Shown here: piece by piece, positions 34,376-43,371 of the stretch
Layout of the letters: every line of letters begins with the position of its first letter
How positions within the stretch are numbered: position 1 is the first letter of the stretch
Assembly (NCBI GenBank): GCA_021818465.1
Contig: JAKAEA010000001.1
Location: 311,712 to 375,711, forward strand
Length of the DNA: 64,000 bases
Direction of reading: 5' to 3'
Source of the DNA: a bacterium
GTDB lineage: Bacteria; Patescibacteriota; Minisyncoccia; Phycocordibacterales; JAKAEA01
Program-made: the position numbers and the translations under genes
Notes under the pieces: generated by a model
The model's database searches: none
The model's input: the letters and a program-made list of their open reading frames with translations, nothing else
What the model was told of the DNA's origin: nothing

Positions 34376-36427
34376 CTACACAACAATTGCATAGTCGAGT
34401 GTTTTCGCATCTAAGTCGGCGCGCACCACACGAAAGCGTACCGTGTCGCCTAAGCGAAATTTTCGGCGATTTTTTTCACCTTGAATAGTATAGGTTCGAG
34501 GATTAAACACGTAGTAGTCATCATTGAGCTCGCGCAGAGGCATCATGCCCTCACAGCGAGTATTAATCTCTTCTATGTATATGCCCCAATCAGTAACACC
34601 AGAAATGGTGCCAGTGAATTCTTGACCAACACGCTCGCTCATGTATTCAACTTGTTTGTATTTGATACTAGCGCGTTCCGCTTCAGCCGCCACAATTTCT
34701 CGGTCGCTGGCATGAGCGGCCACTGCTTCTAAATTTTTACGCATAGTGTTCGATCCTTCTAGAACCGCAGCCAAGACGCGGTGTACAACTAGGTCGGTGT
34801 AGCGACGAATGGGTGAAGTGAAGTGAGTATAAAAAGAAAAACCGAGACCAAAGTGTCCAATGTTATCAGTGGAGTATGCCGCCTTGGCCATAGAGCGAAT
34901 TGTGGCTGTTTTAATGAGTGATTCTTCTGGTACACCACGCACGCTTTCTAGTAATATGTTAATATCGCGTGCAGTTATTTTGCCTTGTTTAACGGGTAAA
35001 TGGTAACCCAGAGCTTGCAAAAATAGGGCGAGCTCCTGTAGACGTTCGTGTTCGGGTACGTCGTGAATGCGGTAAATAGATTCACCCGCTTCACCACGCA
35101 CGTGATTGCCACCCGTATGTTTTTTGTAAATAAACTCAGCCACTTCGCGATTGGCAAGAAGCATAAATTCTTCGACGAGCTTGTGTGTATCTAATCGTTC
35201 TTTTTTAACAATGGCTATGGGTTTGCCGCGTTCGTCTAGTTTGAATTTTACTTCATCTTGTTCAAAATCAATGGCCCCGCGTTGGTAATTTTCTTGCTGC
35301 ATTTTTTTAGCAATATGATTCAGAGTTGTTAGTGTGGTTGCATGTGCATGCCCTGGTCCCGTGCCACCATTGAGCACATCCTGAGCGCTTTCGTAGCTGA
35401 AACGGTGATTGCTGTTGATTACGGTGCGACCAAACCATCGATCGTGTACGTGACCATGATCATCCACCACAAAGACCGCGGAAAATGCAAAACGGTCTTC
35501 GTGCGGATTCAAACTACACAAATCATTGGAAAGTACTTCAGGAAGCATGGGAATAGTACGATCAACGAGATATACACTAAAACTGCGCTTCAATGCTTCA
35601 GCATCGAGTGCACTGTTGGGACGGACGTAATACGATACGTCGGCAATGTGCACGCCGATTTCGTAGTGGTGAGCGTGGGGGCCGTCGGTGATTTTTTTGA
35701 ATGAAATGGCGTCGTCAAAATCTTTTGCATCAATCGGGTCAATGGTACAGGTCCATGTGTCGCGCATATCGCGCCGGCGAGCGATTTCTTCGGTGCGAAG
35801 CGGTTTCTCTGTGCGCTCGAGTGCTGTAGCTTCTGCTGTCACTGCATCCGGAAAGGATTGCTCAATGCCACGATCAAGTAGAATTGATTGAATTTCCACC
35901 TCGTGTTCGCCCTTCGTGCCAATATACGCAACTAAGGCAGCGTGAGGATAGCGTTCATGTGCTTGCCACGAAACAAGCGATGTTACTACTTTTTCGTTTT
36001 TACTGGGGGAAGCTTTCGTGATGAGTGGATCAGTTTCGGGAATGCTAAAATCAACATAAATACGACGGTCATCGGGGCGTACCCACCATTGATTATCGTG
36101 GCGCACCAGTGTGCCGACGAATTTTGTTCGCGCGCGGCGCACCACGCGCACGACTTGCCCCGCCATCTGCACAAAATCGCCCTGAGCCGCGTCAGTTCGC
36201 CGCGCCGCGCGCTTATGTCGCGTTTCAAAATATTTTCCAGTAATCTGTACCTCTACTTCATCGCCGTTGAGTGCGGTGTTTGCAAATTCTGGCGTAATAA
36301 CAATTTCTTCGTCACGTTTTTTTGTTCGGGGTGTACCGGCGCGTGTAACAAAACCGAATCCTTTGGCGTTGGTTCTAATGGTGCCAATAATATTTGTAGA
36401 TGTCGCTCTGGTGGTTTTTTTCTCCAT
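34376..36427 (-). CDS. rnr: ribonuclease R
   Basis: TIDP.DAKDFDDA, HIADVS, LVEEFMLLAN, HFTSPIRRY.DL, C-terminal S1. Confidence 0.95.
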   Translation of the reverse strand: MEKKTTRATSTNIIGTIRTNAKGFGFVTRAGTPRTKKRDEEIVITPEFANTALNGDEVEVQITGKYFETRHKRAARRTDAAQGDFVQMAGQVVRVVRRARTKFVGTLVRHDNQWWVRPDDRRIYVDFSIPETDPLITKASPSKNEKVVTSLVSWQAHERYPHAALVAYIGTKGEHEVEIQSILLDRGIEQSFPDAVTAEATALERTEKPLRTEEIARRRDMRDTWTCTIDPIDAKDFDDAISFKKITDGPHAHHYEIGVHIADVSYYVRPNSALDAEALKRSFSVYLVDRTIPMLPEVLSNDLCSLNPHEDRFAFSAVFVVDDHGHVHDRWFGRTVINSNHRFSYESAQDVLNGGTGPGHAHATTLTTLNHIAKKMQQENYQRGAIDFEQDEVKFKLDERGKPIAIVKKERLDTHKLVEEFMLLANREVAEFIYKKHTGGNHVRGEAGESIYRIHDVPEHERLQELALFLQALGYHLPVKQGKITARDINILLESVRGVPEESLIKTATIRSMAKAAYSTDNIGHFGLGFSFYTHFTSPIRRYTDLVVHRVLAAVLEGSNTMRKNLEAVAAHASDREIVAAEAERASIKYKQVEYMSERVGQEFTGTISGVTDWGIYIEEINTRCEGMMPLRELNDDYYVFNPRTYTIQGEKNRRKFRLGDTVRFRVVRADLDAKTLDYAIVV

Positions 36428-36487
36428 GAGATTCGCAGTATAACAGACTATTGACCTTTTGCCATCCCTCTGCTACTATATCCGCCT

Positions 36488-36868
36488 ATGCTTAAAATCA
36501 GATTGCAACGAGTTGGTCGTGTTCATGAACCGACATTTCGTATTGTCGTCACTGATGCACGCAATAGCACAAAGAGCGGTCGTGCTTTAGAAGTACTTGG
36601 CTCGCACGATCCGCGCGATAAAAGTAAAACTATTTTGAATGTTGAGCGTGTTAAACACTGGGTTTCTGTGGGTGCACAACCGACAATAACTATGCACAAC
36701 ATGCTTGTTTCCAAGAAAATTATTGAAGGTAAAAAACTAAACGCTCTTCCTAAAAAACGCCCACAAAAAAGCGAAGCCGAACAGCAAGCACAATCGAACA
36801 ACGCCGCACAGCCCTCTGCTGAGCAACCCGCTGAAACACCTGCTACGCAAGCGCCCGTCACCAGTTAA
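36488..36868 (+). CDS. rpsP: 30S ribosomal protein S16
   Basis: MLKIRLQRVGR, FRIVV.D.R, GAQPT. Confidence 0.97.
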   Translation: MLKIRLQRVGRVHEPTFRIVVTDARNSTKSGRALEVLGSHDPRDKSKTILNVERVKHWVSVGAQPTITMHNMLVSKKIIEGKKLNALPKKRPQKSEAEQQAQSNNAAQPSAEQPAETPATQAPVTS

Positions 36869-37010
36869 AATTTTTTTCAAGTATTCTCCACAGACAATAT
36901 TGACACCCCGCGTCACGGCGGCTACAATTTGGAGAAGCTGCAGTGCACCTGCTCTGCCGCATTACTAATTAACGATTCGTCCGGATGACGAATTACCGAA
37001 ATCATTATTT

Positions 37011-37322
37011 ATGGAAGAAAACGACGCAAAATTTCTAGACTACGTTATTAAAGCACTTGTAGAAAATCCTCAAGATGTAAAAATCAGCCGTACCGTTGAC
37101 GAAATGGGTGTACTGCTTACGCTGACCGTGAACGCTGCTGATATGGGTAAAATTATTGGCCGTTCGGGTAACACAGCCAAAGCTGTACGCACACTCTTGC
37201 GCGTGGTGGGCATGAAAAATAATGCTCGTGTTAACCTCAAAATTAACGAGCCAGAAGGTGGTTCTGTTCGTGAGTCTGCTACTAAGTCTGTTGATGAAGC
37301 GATGGAGGACATTAAGCTCTAA
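37011..37322 (+). CDS. khpA: KH-domain RNA-binding protein (KhpA/YlqC)
   Basis: LV.NP.DV, DMGKIIGRSG.TA.A.R; position after rpsP. Confidence 0.9.
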   Translation: MEENDAKFLDYVIKALVENPQDVKISRTVDEMGVLLTLTVNAADMGKIIGRSGNTAKAVRTLLRVVGMKNNARVNLKINEPEGGSVRESATKSVDEAMEDIKL

Positions 37323-37354
37323 ATAACACGGCATCTCTTTGGATTAATCACCAT

Positions 37355-37380
37355 ACACAACGCCTCTCGGGGCGTTGTGT
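37355..37380 (+). terminator. hairpin/terminator after khpA
   Basis: ACACAACGCCTC-TC-GGGGCGTTGTGT inverted repeat; weak U-tract. Confidence 0.55.
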
Positions 37381-37421
37381 CGTTTCTGGACTAAACCTTA
37401 AAAGCGTGGTATTTTCAAAAT

Positions 37422-38087
37422 ATGCGATTTCATATCATCACCCTTTTTCCTGGCGCATTTCGTTCTTATCTTGGTGAATCTATTTTAAAACGAGCAATAC
37501 AGGATAAAAAAATATCGGTGCAGTTTTACAATCCACGCGATTTTGCTGCTGGTAAGCGCGGTCGGGCGGTGCGTGTAGATAAACGTCCATACGGCGGTGG
37601 CCCGGGTATGGTGATTGAAGCACTACCGGTTATCAAGGCAATAGAAAAGGTGCGTGCAACAATACAAAAAAAATCAAAAAAATCCACGGTAAAAATTATT
37701 TGGCTGTCGCCGGGTGGTACGCAATTTGATACACACTTTGCTCAAGTGGCGGCAAAAAAATACACGGATATTATTATTGTGTCTGGGCGCTACGAAGGTA
37801 TTGATGCACGTGTTTTAAAAATTTTTACCTGTGAACAGGTTTCCGTGGGGCCATTTGTGCTGACGGGCGGTGAATTGCCCGCAATGCTTATTATTGACTG
37901 CGTGAGTCGTCAGGTGCCGGGGGTTTTAGGCGATGCTGCCTCTTTGGAGGAACGACGAGTTGCTAGTCGCGAGGTCTACACGCGGCCAGAAAAATTTACC
38001 TATAAAGGAAAAACGTATCGGGTACCAAAAGTTCTTCTCTCGGGTTCTCATGTTGACATAGAAAATTGGAAACGTTTGCATACATAG
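37422..38087 (+). CDS. trmD: tRNA (guanine37-N1)-methyltransferase
   Basis: VD.RPYGGGPGM, GRYEGID.R, VLTGGELPA, YTRP, VP.VLLSG.H. Confidence 0.97.
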   Translation: MRFHIITLFPGAFRSYLGESILKRAIQDKKISVQFYNPRDFAAGKRGRAVRVDKRPYGGGPGMVIEALPVIKAIEKVRATIQKKSKKSTVKIIWLSPGGTQFDTHFAQVAAKKYTDIIIVSGRYEGIDARVLKIFTCEQVSVGPFVLTGGELPAMLIIDCVSRQVPGVLGDAASLEERRVASREVYTRPEKFTYKGKTYRVPKVLLSGSHVDIENWKRLHT

Positions 38088-38121
38088 CTTGGTGTGCGAG
38101 TAGTGGTATACTACGAATGTT

Positions 38122-39012
38122 ATGAGCGTTCGTCGTGGTATATATATCGGCAGCGGTCTCATTGTTCTCGGTCTTGTTATTACCGGTATTGTTTTTATGG
38201 TTGGCGGTCATCCTGCACAAACGCTGCTACCAGAAAATGCGCCGGGAACCACACTGCCTGGCACTGGTCCTATCACCATCGTGCTCTCGCCTGATTTTGG
38301 TGATGCGGTTTTGTCACTCGGTGGTATGTTGGCGCAACACACACGTCCGACAATTGTGGCAACATTTTTTACTGGTGAACCGTCGCCCGCTACAAGCACC
38401 GCATTTGATGCGCAAAGTGGTTTTACCAACAGCACCATAGCTCACAATGTCAGGGTTGCGGAAAATGATCGAGCACTCAGCTCGCTAGGTGCGGTGCCAG
38501 AAAATTATGAATACCTCAGTAGCCACTATGGCCAGCCGATAGCGACCGATACGCTGACGAGCACAATCTCTCAAGATATTCAGGCCTTGCTCATTGCGAA
38601 TAGTGGTCGGCAGGTATATATCTATGGTCCTGCCGATTTTGGTCCGCAAACCAGTAGTGATGATGCCGTGCTCTATACAGCATTTACCGATGTGGTGAAT
38701 GGCTTCCCCGGGTCATACGTTCATTTCTTTTATTACGAAACATATCCGGCGGTGCAAACTTGGAATGCGACCGCCACCAATTCTTTACGGCAATTTTTGC
38801 AAAATGAATCCGGTCTATTTTTAACGACGACCCCCATCTCTCTCTCGTCGGGTCAGGTTGCTGCAAAAATTTCTGCCCTACAACAGTATCATTCGCTCAT
38901 TCAAGCGGCTCAAAAACAGGGGACAGATATCGCTGCTGCTGACCAACAGTTCACTGCGACGCGCTGCGCCGGCCAGGCTTGTGAAGTAGTCTACGCCATT
39001 GGTCAAAATTAA
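38122..39012 (+). CDS. membrane-anchored PIG-L/LmbE-like deacetylase homologue with degenerate metal site
   Basis: N-terminal TM; LSPDFGDAVLSLGG versus canonical PHxDD; R..E...A...LG; YYETYP; K..AL..Y.S. Confidence 0.65.
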   Translation: MSVRRGIYIGSGLIVLGLVITGIVFMVGGHPAQTLLPENAPGTTLPGTGPITIVLSPDFGDAVLSLGGMLAQHTRPTIVATFFTGEPSPATSTAFDAQSGFTNSTIAHNVRVAENDRALSSLGAVPENYEYLSSHYGQPIATDTLTSTISQDIQALLIANSGRQVYIYGPADFGPQTSSDDAVLYTAFTDVVNGFPGSYVHFFYYETYPAVQTWNATATNSLRQFLQNESGLFLTTTPISLSSGQVAAKISALQQYHSLIQAAQKQGTDIAAADQQFTATRCAGQACEVVYAIGQN

Positions 39013-39901
39013 TTTTTTTTGTAATGGTTTGTAGAGTAGGCGGAAACCAACGAATGCGATTGTTGCGATGAAACCAGTTTATTTGTCGTTTAGCATATTG
39101 CCAGATAGCGTATTCAAGTTCACGTACCATTTCAGCTCGAGAAATTTTTCCTTGTAAAAATCGAGCCAGCCAGCGATATTCCAAACCGAGCATTTCCATT
39201 TTTCTATACGAAAGGCCAGCCGCGTGTAAGCGACGAGCTTCGGCAATCATACCGTGAGCTAGCCGCGCGCGCAGTCGCGTATTGATTTTTTTCCTGAGTA
39301 TATCGCCTGACACCGTAAGACCAATAAAAAGCGGATCGTATATGGCATGTTTTCGTGTGCGCGGTACTGTTCCTAGAGCTGTTGCAATCTCTAGTGCCCG
39401 AATGAGTCGCCGGGGGTTGTGGCGATCAATCGCTGCCGCTCGACGCGGATCCTTTTTCTGTAGCAACGCGTAGAGCTGCTGGGCGTTTTTGGGGGAAAGT
39501 TTTTTACGTAGCGCGAGATTGGGCGGTACGTCGGGAAATGAAATACCATCTACCAAAGCGTCGATATAAAAACCTGTGCCACCGCAGATAATTGGCACGT
39601 TGCCGCGAGCGCTAATGTCGGCGATGGTCTCTCGAGCGCGTATCCGAAACATTTCCGCCGTAAATTGTTGGGCCGTGCCGACTGTTCGCGGTGCCGCTAT
39701 ATCAATTCCATGGTGTGGTATGCCTCGCATCTCCCGACGGGTAATTTTGCCGGTACCAATATTTAATCCTCGATACACCTGTCGCGAGTCAGCGGAAATC
39801 ACTTCACCACCTACGAGCCGCGCGATGTCTACAGCAATAGCACTTTTACCAACGGCCGTTGGTCCAACAATGACGATAATTTTAGGTTTGTGTCTAGTCA
39901 C
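38951..39901 (-). CDS. miaA: tRNA dimethylallyltransferase
   Basis: GPTAVGKS, SADSRQVY, IGTGK, GGTGFY, RRLIRALE, YAKRQ..WF. Confidence 0.96.
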   Translation of the reverse strand: MTRHKPKIIVIVGPTAVGKSAIAVDIARLVGGEVISADSRQVYRGLNIGTGKITRREMRGIPHHGIDIAAPRTVGTAQQFTAEMFRIRARETIADISARGNVPIICGGTGFYIDALVDGISFPDVPPNLALRKKLSPKNAQQLYALLQKKDPRRAAAIDRHNPRRLIRALEIATALGTVPRTRKHAIYDPLFIGLTVSGDILRKKINTRLRARLAHGMIAEARRLHAAGLSYRKMEMLGLEYRWLARFLQGKISRAEMVRELEYAIWQYAKRQINWFHRNNRIRWFPPTLQTITKKINFDQWRRLLHKPGRRSASQ

Positions 39902-39944
39902 AGGCGGATGCTACCATATTCACCAAAAATGCTATAGTACTACT

Positions 39945-40286
39945 ATGTCCGGTGTAGAATTTTTTGAAGAATCATCGCAACAGATACGCACTCAGTCTAA
40001 TCAACAATTCGGCCAATCAAAGTTGCCGCTTTTTACCCGTCTTCTTCTAAAAACAGGTCTCGTTACAACACCTGAATCTGCCAATTACGTACTCATTGCT
40101 CTTGCGCTCGTTTTTTTCATCGCTGCCGCTCTCGTATTTTATATAGATGTTTTCCATGGTAGTTTGATACCAGCACCGCCACCACCATCCCACATACTTC
40201 TTGGTGGACAAAAAGGAATTCGTGGCCGCCCAACAATGCCAGTTTCTACTACTGTCTCTACTACAACCAATGCACTTCTCTATTAA
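39945..40286 (+). CDS. small single-TM membrane protein
   Basis: ATG 39945 after TGCTATAGT -10 box; LLKTGLV....ANYVLI + TM + Pro-rich tail; the longer ORF-track start is antisense to miaA. Confidence 0.65.
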   Translation: MSGVEFFEESSQQIRTQSNQQFGQSKLPLFTRLLLKTGLVTTPESANYVLIALALVFFIAAALVFYIDVFHGSLIPAPPPPSHILLGGQKGIRGRPTMPVSTTVSTTTNALLY

Positions 40287-40965
40287 ACAACACATACGCA
40301 AGACCGGTTTTACTCTCATAGAATTACTCGTAGTCATTTCTATTATTGCACTGCTTGCCGCAATTGTTCTCGCCGCACTTTCAAATGCAAAACAAAAAGC
40401 GATGGATATCGCAAAAATTCAGGAAGTTCAGCAAGTGATAAACGCTCTTCAGGAATATTATAATGATCACGGATATTACGTTGCCGATTCAACTCAAGGG
40501 ATAGTCAGTAATGGTTATGCAACCCATGATTGGTGTGTTGAAGAAAATTCAGATACTCCACCAACGTGTGTTCAGGGAGGAATGAACGCATCTTGGGGAG
40601 AAGCAGATTCTATACTTGCTAGTGATTTGCAACCGTACATCAAAGTTCCACTAACTACTCGTGATGGTTTGAGCGGAAGTAATCAAGGTTTTGGAGGTAC
40701 TGGAAATTGGGGGGGTATTGGTTATATGTGTCTTTCGGGAACGGAGACAGCAAACTCAGCAGAATGTACGGTGTATGATTTAGAATGGGCGGAAAGCGGT
40801 TCCAATGCTTCTTGTGGTCCTGGGCAAAATGTTAATACGGAAGCCAATGCTACCCCGTATAATCCAGGTAATCAAGATACGTATTGCCTATATTTAAGCG
40901 ATAATTCTTATTTTTCAAGCAACTCATCCAGTGGCTATAAAATATGGCTCACGGTTTGGATGTGA
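40270..40965 (+). CDS. type IV pilin / GspG-like prepilin
   Basis: KTG|FTLIELLVVISIIALLAAIV, AL..YY.D.G.Y, Cys-rich variable C-terminus. Confidence 0.92.
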   Translation: MHFSIKQHIRKTGFTLIELLVVISIIALLAAIVLAALSNAKQKAMDIAKIQEVQQVINALQEYYNDHGYYVADSTQGIVSNGYATHDWCVEENSDTPPTCVQGGMNASWGEADSILASDLQPYIKVPLTTRDGLSGSNQGFGGTGNWGGIGYMCLSGTETANSAECTVYDLEWAESGSNASCGPGQNVNTEANATPYNPGNQDTYCLYLSDNSYFSSNSSSGYKIWLTVWM

Positions 40966-41082
40966 GAATGGCGCGCTCTGTATTTTACAATACTTGCATT
41001 TTATTTATTTATATGCTATTATAAGCACAGTGTTTTTTTGCGTTTCTGTACCTTGACTTGAATTTTTAGAAAGGAGTCCAAG

Positions 41083-42084
41083 ATGAACATGAATCGCAGT
41101 ATCGTGCCCATGCTCGTAGTCCTCGTTGGACTATGGGGATATGGTAAGGCGTATGGGGATGTGTCAATGAATTTCAATACTTTGACCATATCACCGTACA
41201 TCAACTTCAGTAATCTCTACTCCGGTTCGCCGGCGGATGAGAGTGCTAATCTGGCCACGTATCAAACCGATACGCCGGGCGCTTGGTATGGTGGGAACTA
41301 TGTTCCCGATCAGTTCCACCTAGCAACATTAGGTGGAAAGAGCGTACTGCAATTGGGCATTAATTTTGCTCAGTATCAGTACAATTTCAGCACCAGCGAA
41401 GCAATGAGTTTTGCGCCACCTAATCAAGATCTGCAGGGTATGCGCTATGACACGAACCTGTCGGGCACCAAGCAGACACTGTCGCTTGGTGCCTACATTG
41501 ATCCCAGTTGGATTAGTGCACCCACTAACCCGCCTGATCCGCCATTGCCTATTGTTAATTTTGGGATGGAGGGCATTGGGGTAGATGCACATGGTAATGT
41601 TGTCTCGCGGCCAGTCATTGCGTATTTGTACAATGACTTGATAGCCAAAGATGCTGGTCTGGATACCATTTTTGGCTATAGTGTCCCTGGGTTCTATGCA
41701 TATGACTATGCTGGAATTAGTGTTCCTTCCAGTAACCTTACTGGTCCACAGTGGTATCTTCTTGCTCCAGCGAGTTCTTCTGGCTTTAACACTGTGGGTT
41801 TTACTCTCACGGTGGGTAAAGGTATCCAGTACTATCTGAACGGCTCGCCGGTGGGTGGTTTGTACCCCGACACGGCAGCGACGTCGTTGCAGAGCGTTAT
41901 GTTATACGCTCGTAACCCTTTTTATTCAACGTCGTATCCGGATCAGATCTACTCGTTCGACAACTTTGCGGCGACGAGCAGTTCCGCAGTGCCGGAACCT
42001 CCAACGGCGGCAATCGTGTTCGCTGGAGGACTCGGTCTCTTGGCAGTAGCAACACTTCGCCGTCGCCGGTGGGTGGCTGCGTAA
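41083..42084 (+). CDS. secreted protein with PEP-CTERM sorting signal
   Basis: Signal peptide; C-terminal AVPEP + TM + RRRR. Confidence 0.85.
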   Translation: MNMNRSIVPMLVVLVGLWGYGKAYGDVSMNFNTLTISPYINFSNLYSGSPADESANLATYQTDTPGAWYGGNYVPDQFHLATLGGKSVLQLGINFAQYQYNFSTSEAMSFAPPNQDLQGMRYDTNLSGTKQTLSLGAYIDPSWISAPTNPPDPPLPIVNFGMEGIGVDAHGNVVSRPVIAYLYNDLIAKDAGLDTIFGYSVPGFYAYDYAGISVPSSNLTGPQWYLLAPASSSGFNTVGFTLTVGKGIQYYLNGSPVGGLYPDTAATSLQSVMLYARNPFYSTSYPDQIYSFDNFAATSSSAVPEPPTAAIVFAGGLGLLAVATLRRRRWVAA

Positions 42085-42135
42085 ATGCAACTCTCGCTCT
42101 GCGAGGGCAAAGATGGTTCATGAGAGCAGGGTTGT

Positions 42136-42170
42136 GCCCGAGAATCATATTTGATTCTCGGGCTTTTTTA
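42136..42170 (+). terminator. intrinsic terminator
   Basis: GCCCGAGAATCA-TAT-TTGATTCTCGGGC-TTTTTT. Confidence 0.9.
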
Positions 42171-42205
42171 TTGTCTGATTTTTTAAAATTCTTGGCTTTT
42201 ACGTG

Positions 42206-42287
42206 TGCCGGGAGGGAGAATCGAACTCCCATGGATTGCTCCGCACGATTTTGAGTCGTGTGCGTCTACCAATTCCGCCATCCCGGC
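42206..42287 (-). tRNA. tRNA-Leu(CAA)
   Basis: GCCGGGATGGCGGAATTGGTAGACGCA CACGA-CTCAAAA-TCGTG...GTTCGATTC...TCCCGGC-A. Confidence 0.96.
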
Positions 42288-42379
42288 AAATGTTTGTGTA
42301 CGAGAACTGCATCAAGCATACCCGATTTTTGAGGAAAATCAATTTATGATAAACTATAGGTAAGATAATTTTTTTGCTT

Positions 42380-43363
42380 ATGTCTCATTTCCACCAAGAT
42401 TCCATTTTTTGGATTGATGTTGATAAAATTAAACCCAATCCGTTTCAGCCACGTCGCGAGTTTGATCAAGCCGCTTTGCAGGCGTTGGCGGATTCTATTC
42501 GCCAATACGGTGTGTTGCAAGCCTTGGTGGTGACGCGTACGGAGGTGACAAAACCAGACGGGGGATTGACCACCGAATATGAATTGATTGCTGGCGAGCG
42601 ACGCTTGCGCGCATCGCGTTTGGCGGGCGTGCGCGAGGTACCGTGTCTCATTAAAGTTGGCGAGGAGAATGATTTACTGAAATTAGAGTTGGCGATTATT
42701 GAAAACGTGCAGCGTGAGGATCTCAACGCTGTTGATCGAGCGCGAGCGTTTCGCCGCTTGGCTGATGAATTTGGTTTCAAACAAATGCACATTGCCGAGA
42801 AAATCGGCAAGAGTCGCGAGTACGTGGCCAACACGTTGCGTATTCTCGATTTACCGGAAGAAATGCTTACGGCTGTGTCGTCGGGCATTATCAGCGAAGG
42901 TCATACGCGGCCACTTCTCATGCTCGCTAGTCGTCCTGCCGAGCAAGAAACCCTCTTTAAAGAAATTATTGCCAAGAAACTCACGGTGCGTGACGCCGAG
43001 CGCATTGCTCGCCACATCGCCGTGGAACGAGCTCATAAAAAGAATGCTATTTTCGATCAAGACATGTTAGACATTGAGAAGCAGTTGGCTGACACTCTTG
43101 GTACTCGTGTGCATATTGAAAAGCGCGAAAGTGGCGGCAAAATCACCATCGATTTCTTTTCTAAAGATGATTTGCAGAATTTGTTGGAGATGGTAAACCG
43201 ACAGAGTACGCAAACGAGCTCTGCTGATCATCGTGCCGTTGCTGCGGATGCCGTTGCTACGGCGCAGACTGAACCAGTAAAACCTGAAGATGATCGCACG
43301 CCTGCCGAGGTGAAGCAAGAAGAGAACGAAGAAATTTACTCCATCAAAAATTTTAGCGTGTAG
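42380..43363 (+). CDS. parB: ParB/Spo0J chromosome partition protein
   Basis: PNPFQPRR.F, LIAGERRLRA, IENVQREDLN, HTH GKSR.YVAN.LR. Confidence 0.95.
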   Translation: MSHFHQDSIFWIDVDKIKPNPFQPRREFDQAALQALADSIRQYGVLQALVVTRTEVTKPDGGLTTEYELIAGERRLRASRLAGVREVPCLIKVGEENDLLKLELAIIENVQREDLNAVDRARAFRRLADEFGFKQMHIAEKIGKSREYVANTLRILDLPEEMLTAVSSGIISEGHTRPLLMLASRPAEQETLFKEIIAKKLTVRDAERIARHIAVERAHKKNAIFDQDMLDIEKQLADTLGTRVHIEKRESGGKITIDFFSKDDLQNLLEMVNRQSTQTSSADHRAVAADAVATAQTEPVKPEDDRTPAEVKQEENEEIYSIKNFSV

Positions 43364-43371
43364 TGCGAAAA

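Noticed and set aside
39576-39944. N-terminal extension of the ORF-track 236-aa protein
   Set aside because: Antisense to miaA; the real start is more likely ATG 39945
145-42287. Four of five tRNA genes lack an encoded CCA
   Set aside because: Common in bacteria with a CCA-adding enzyme; only relevant in the tRNA-Trp island context
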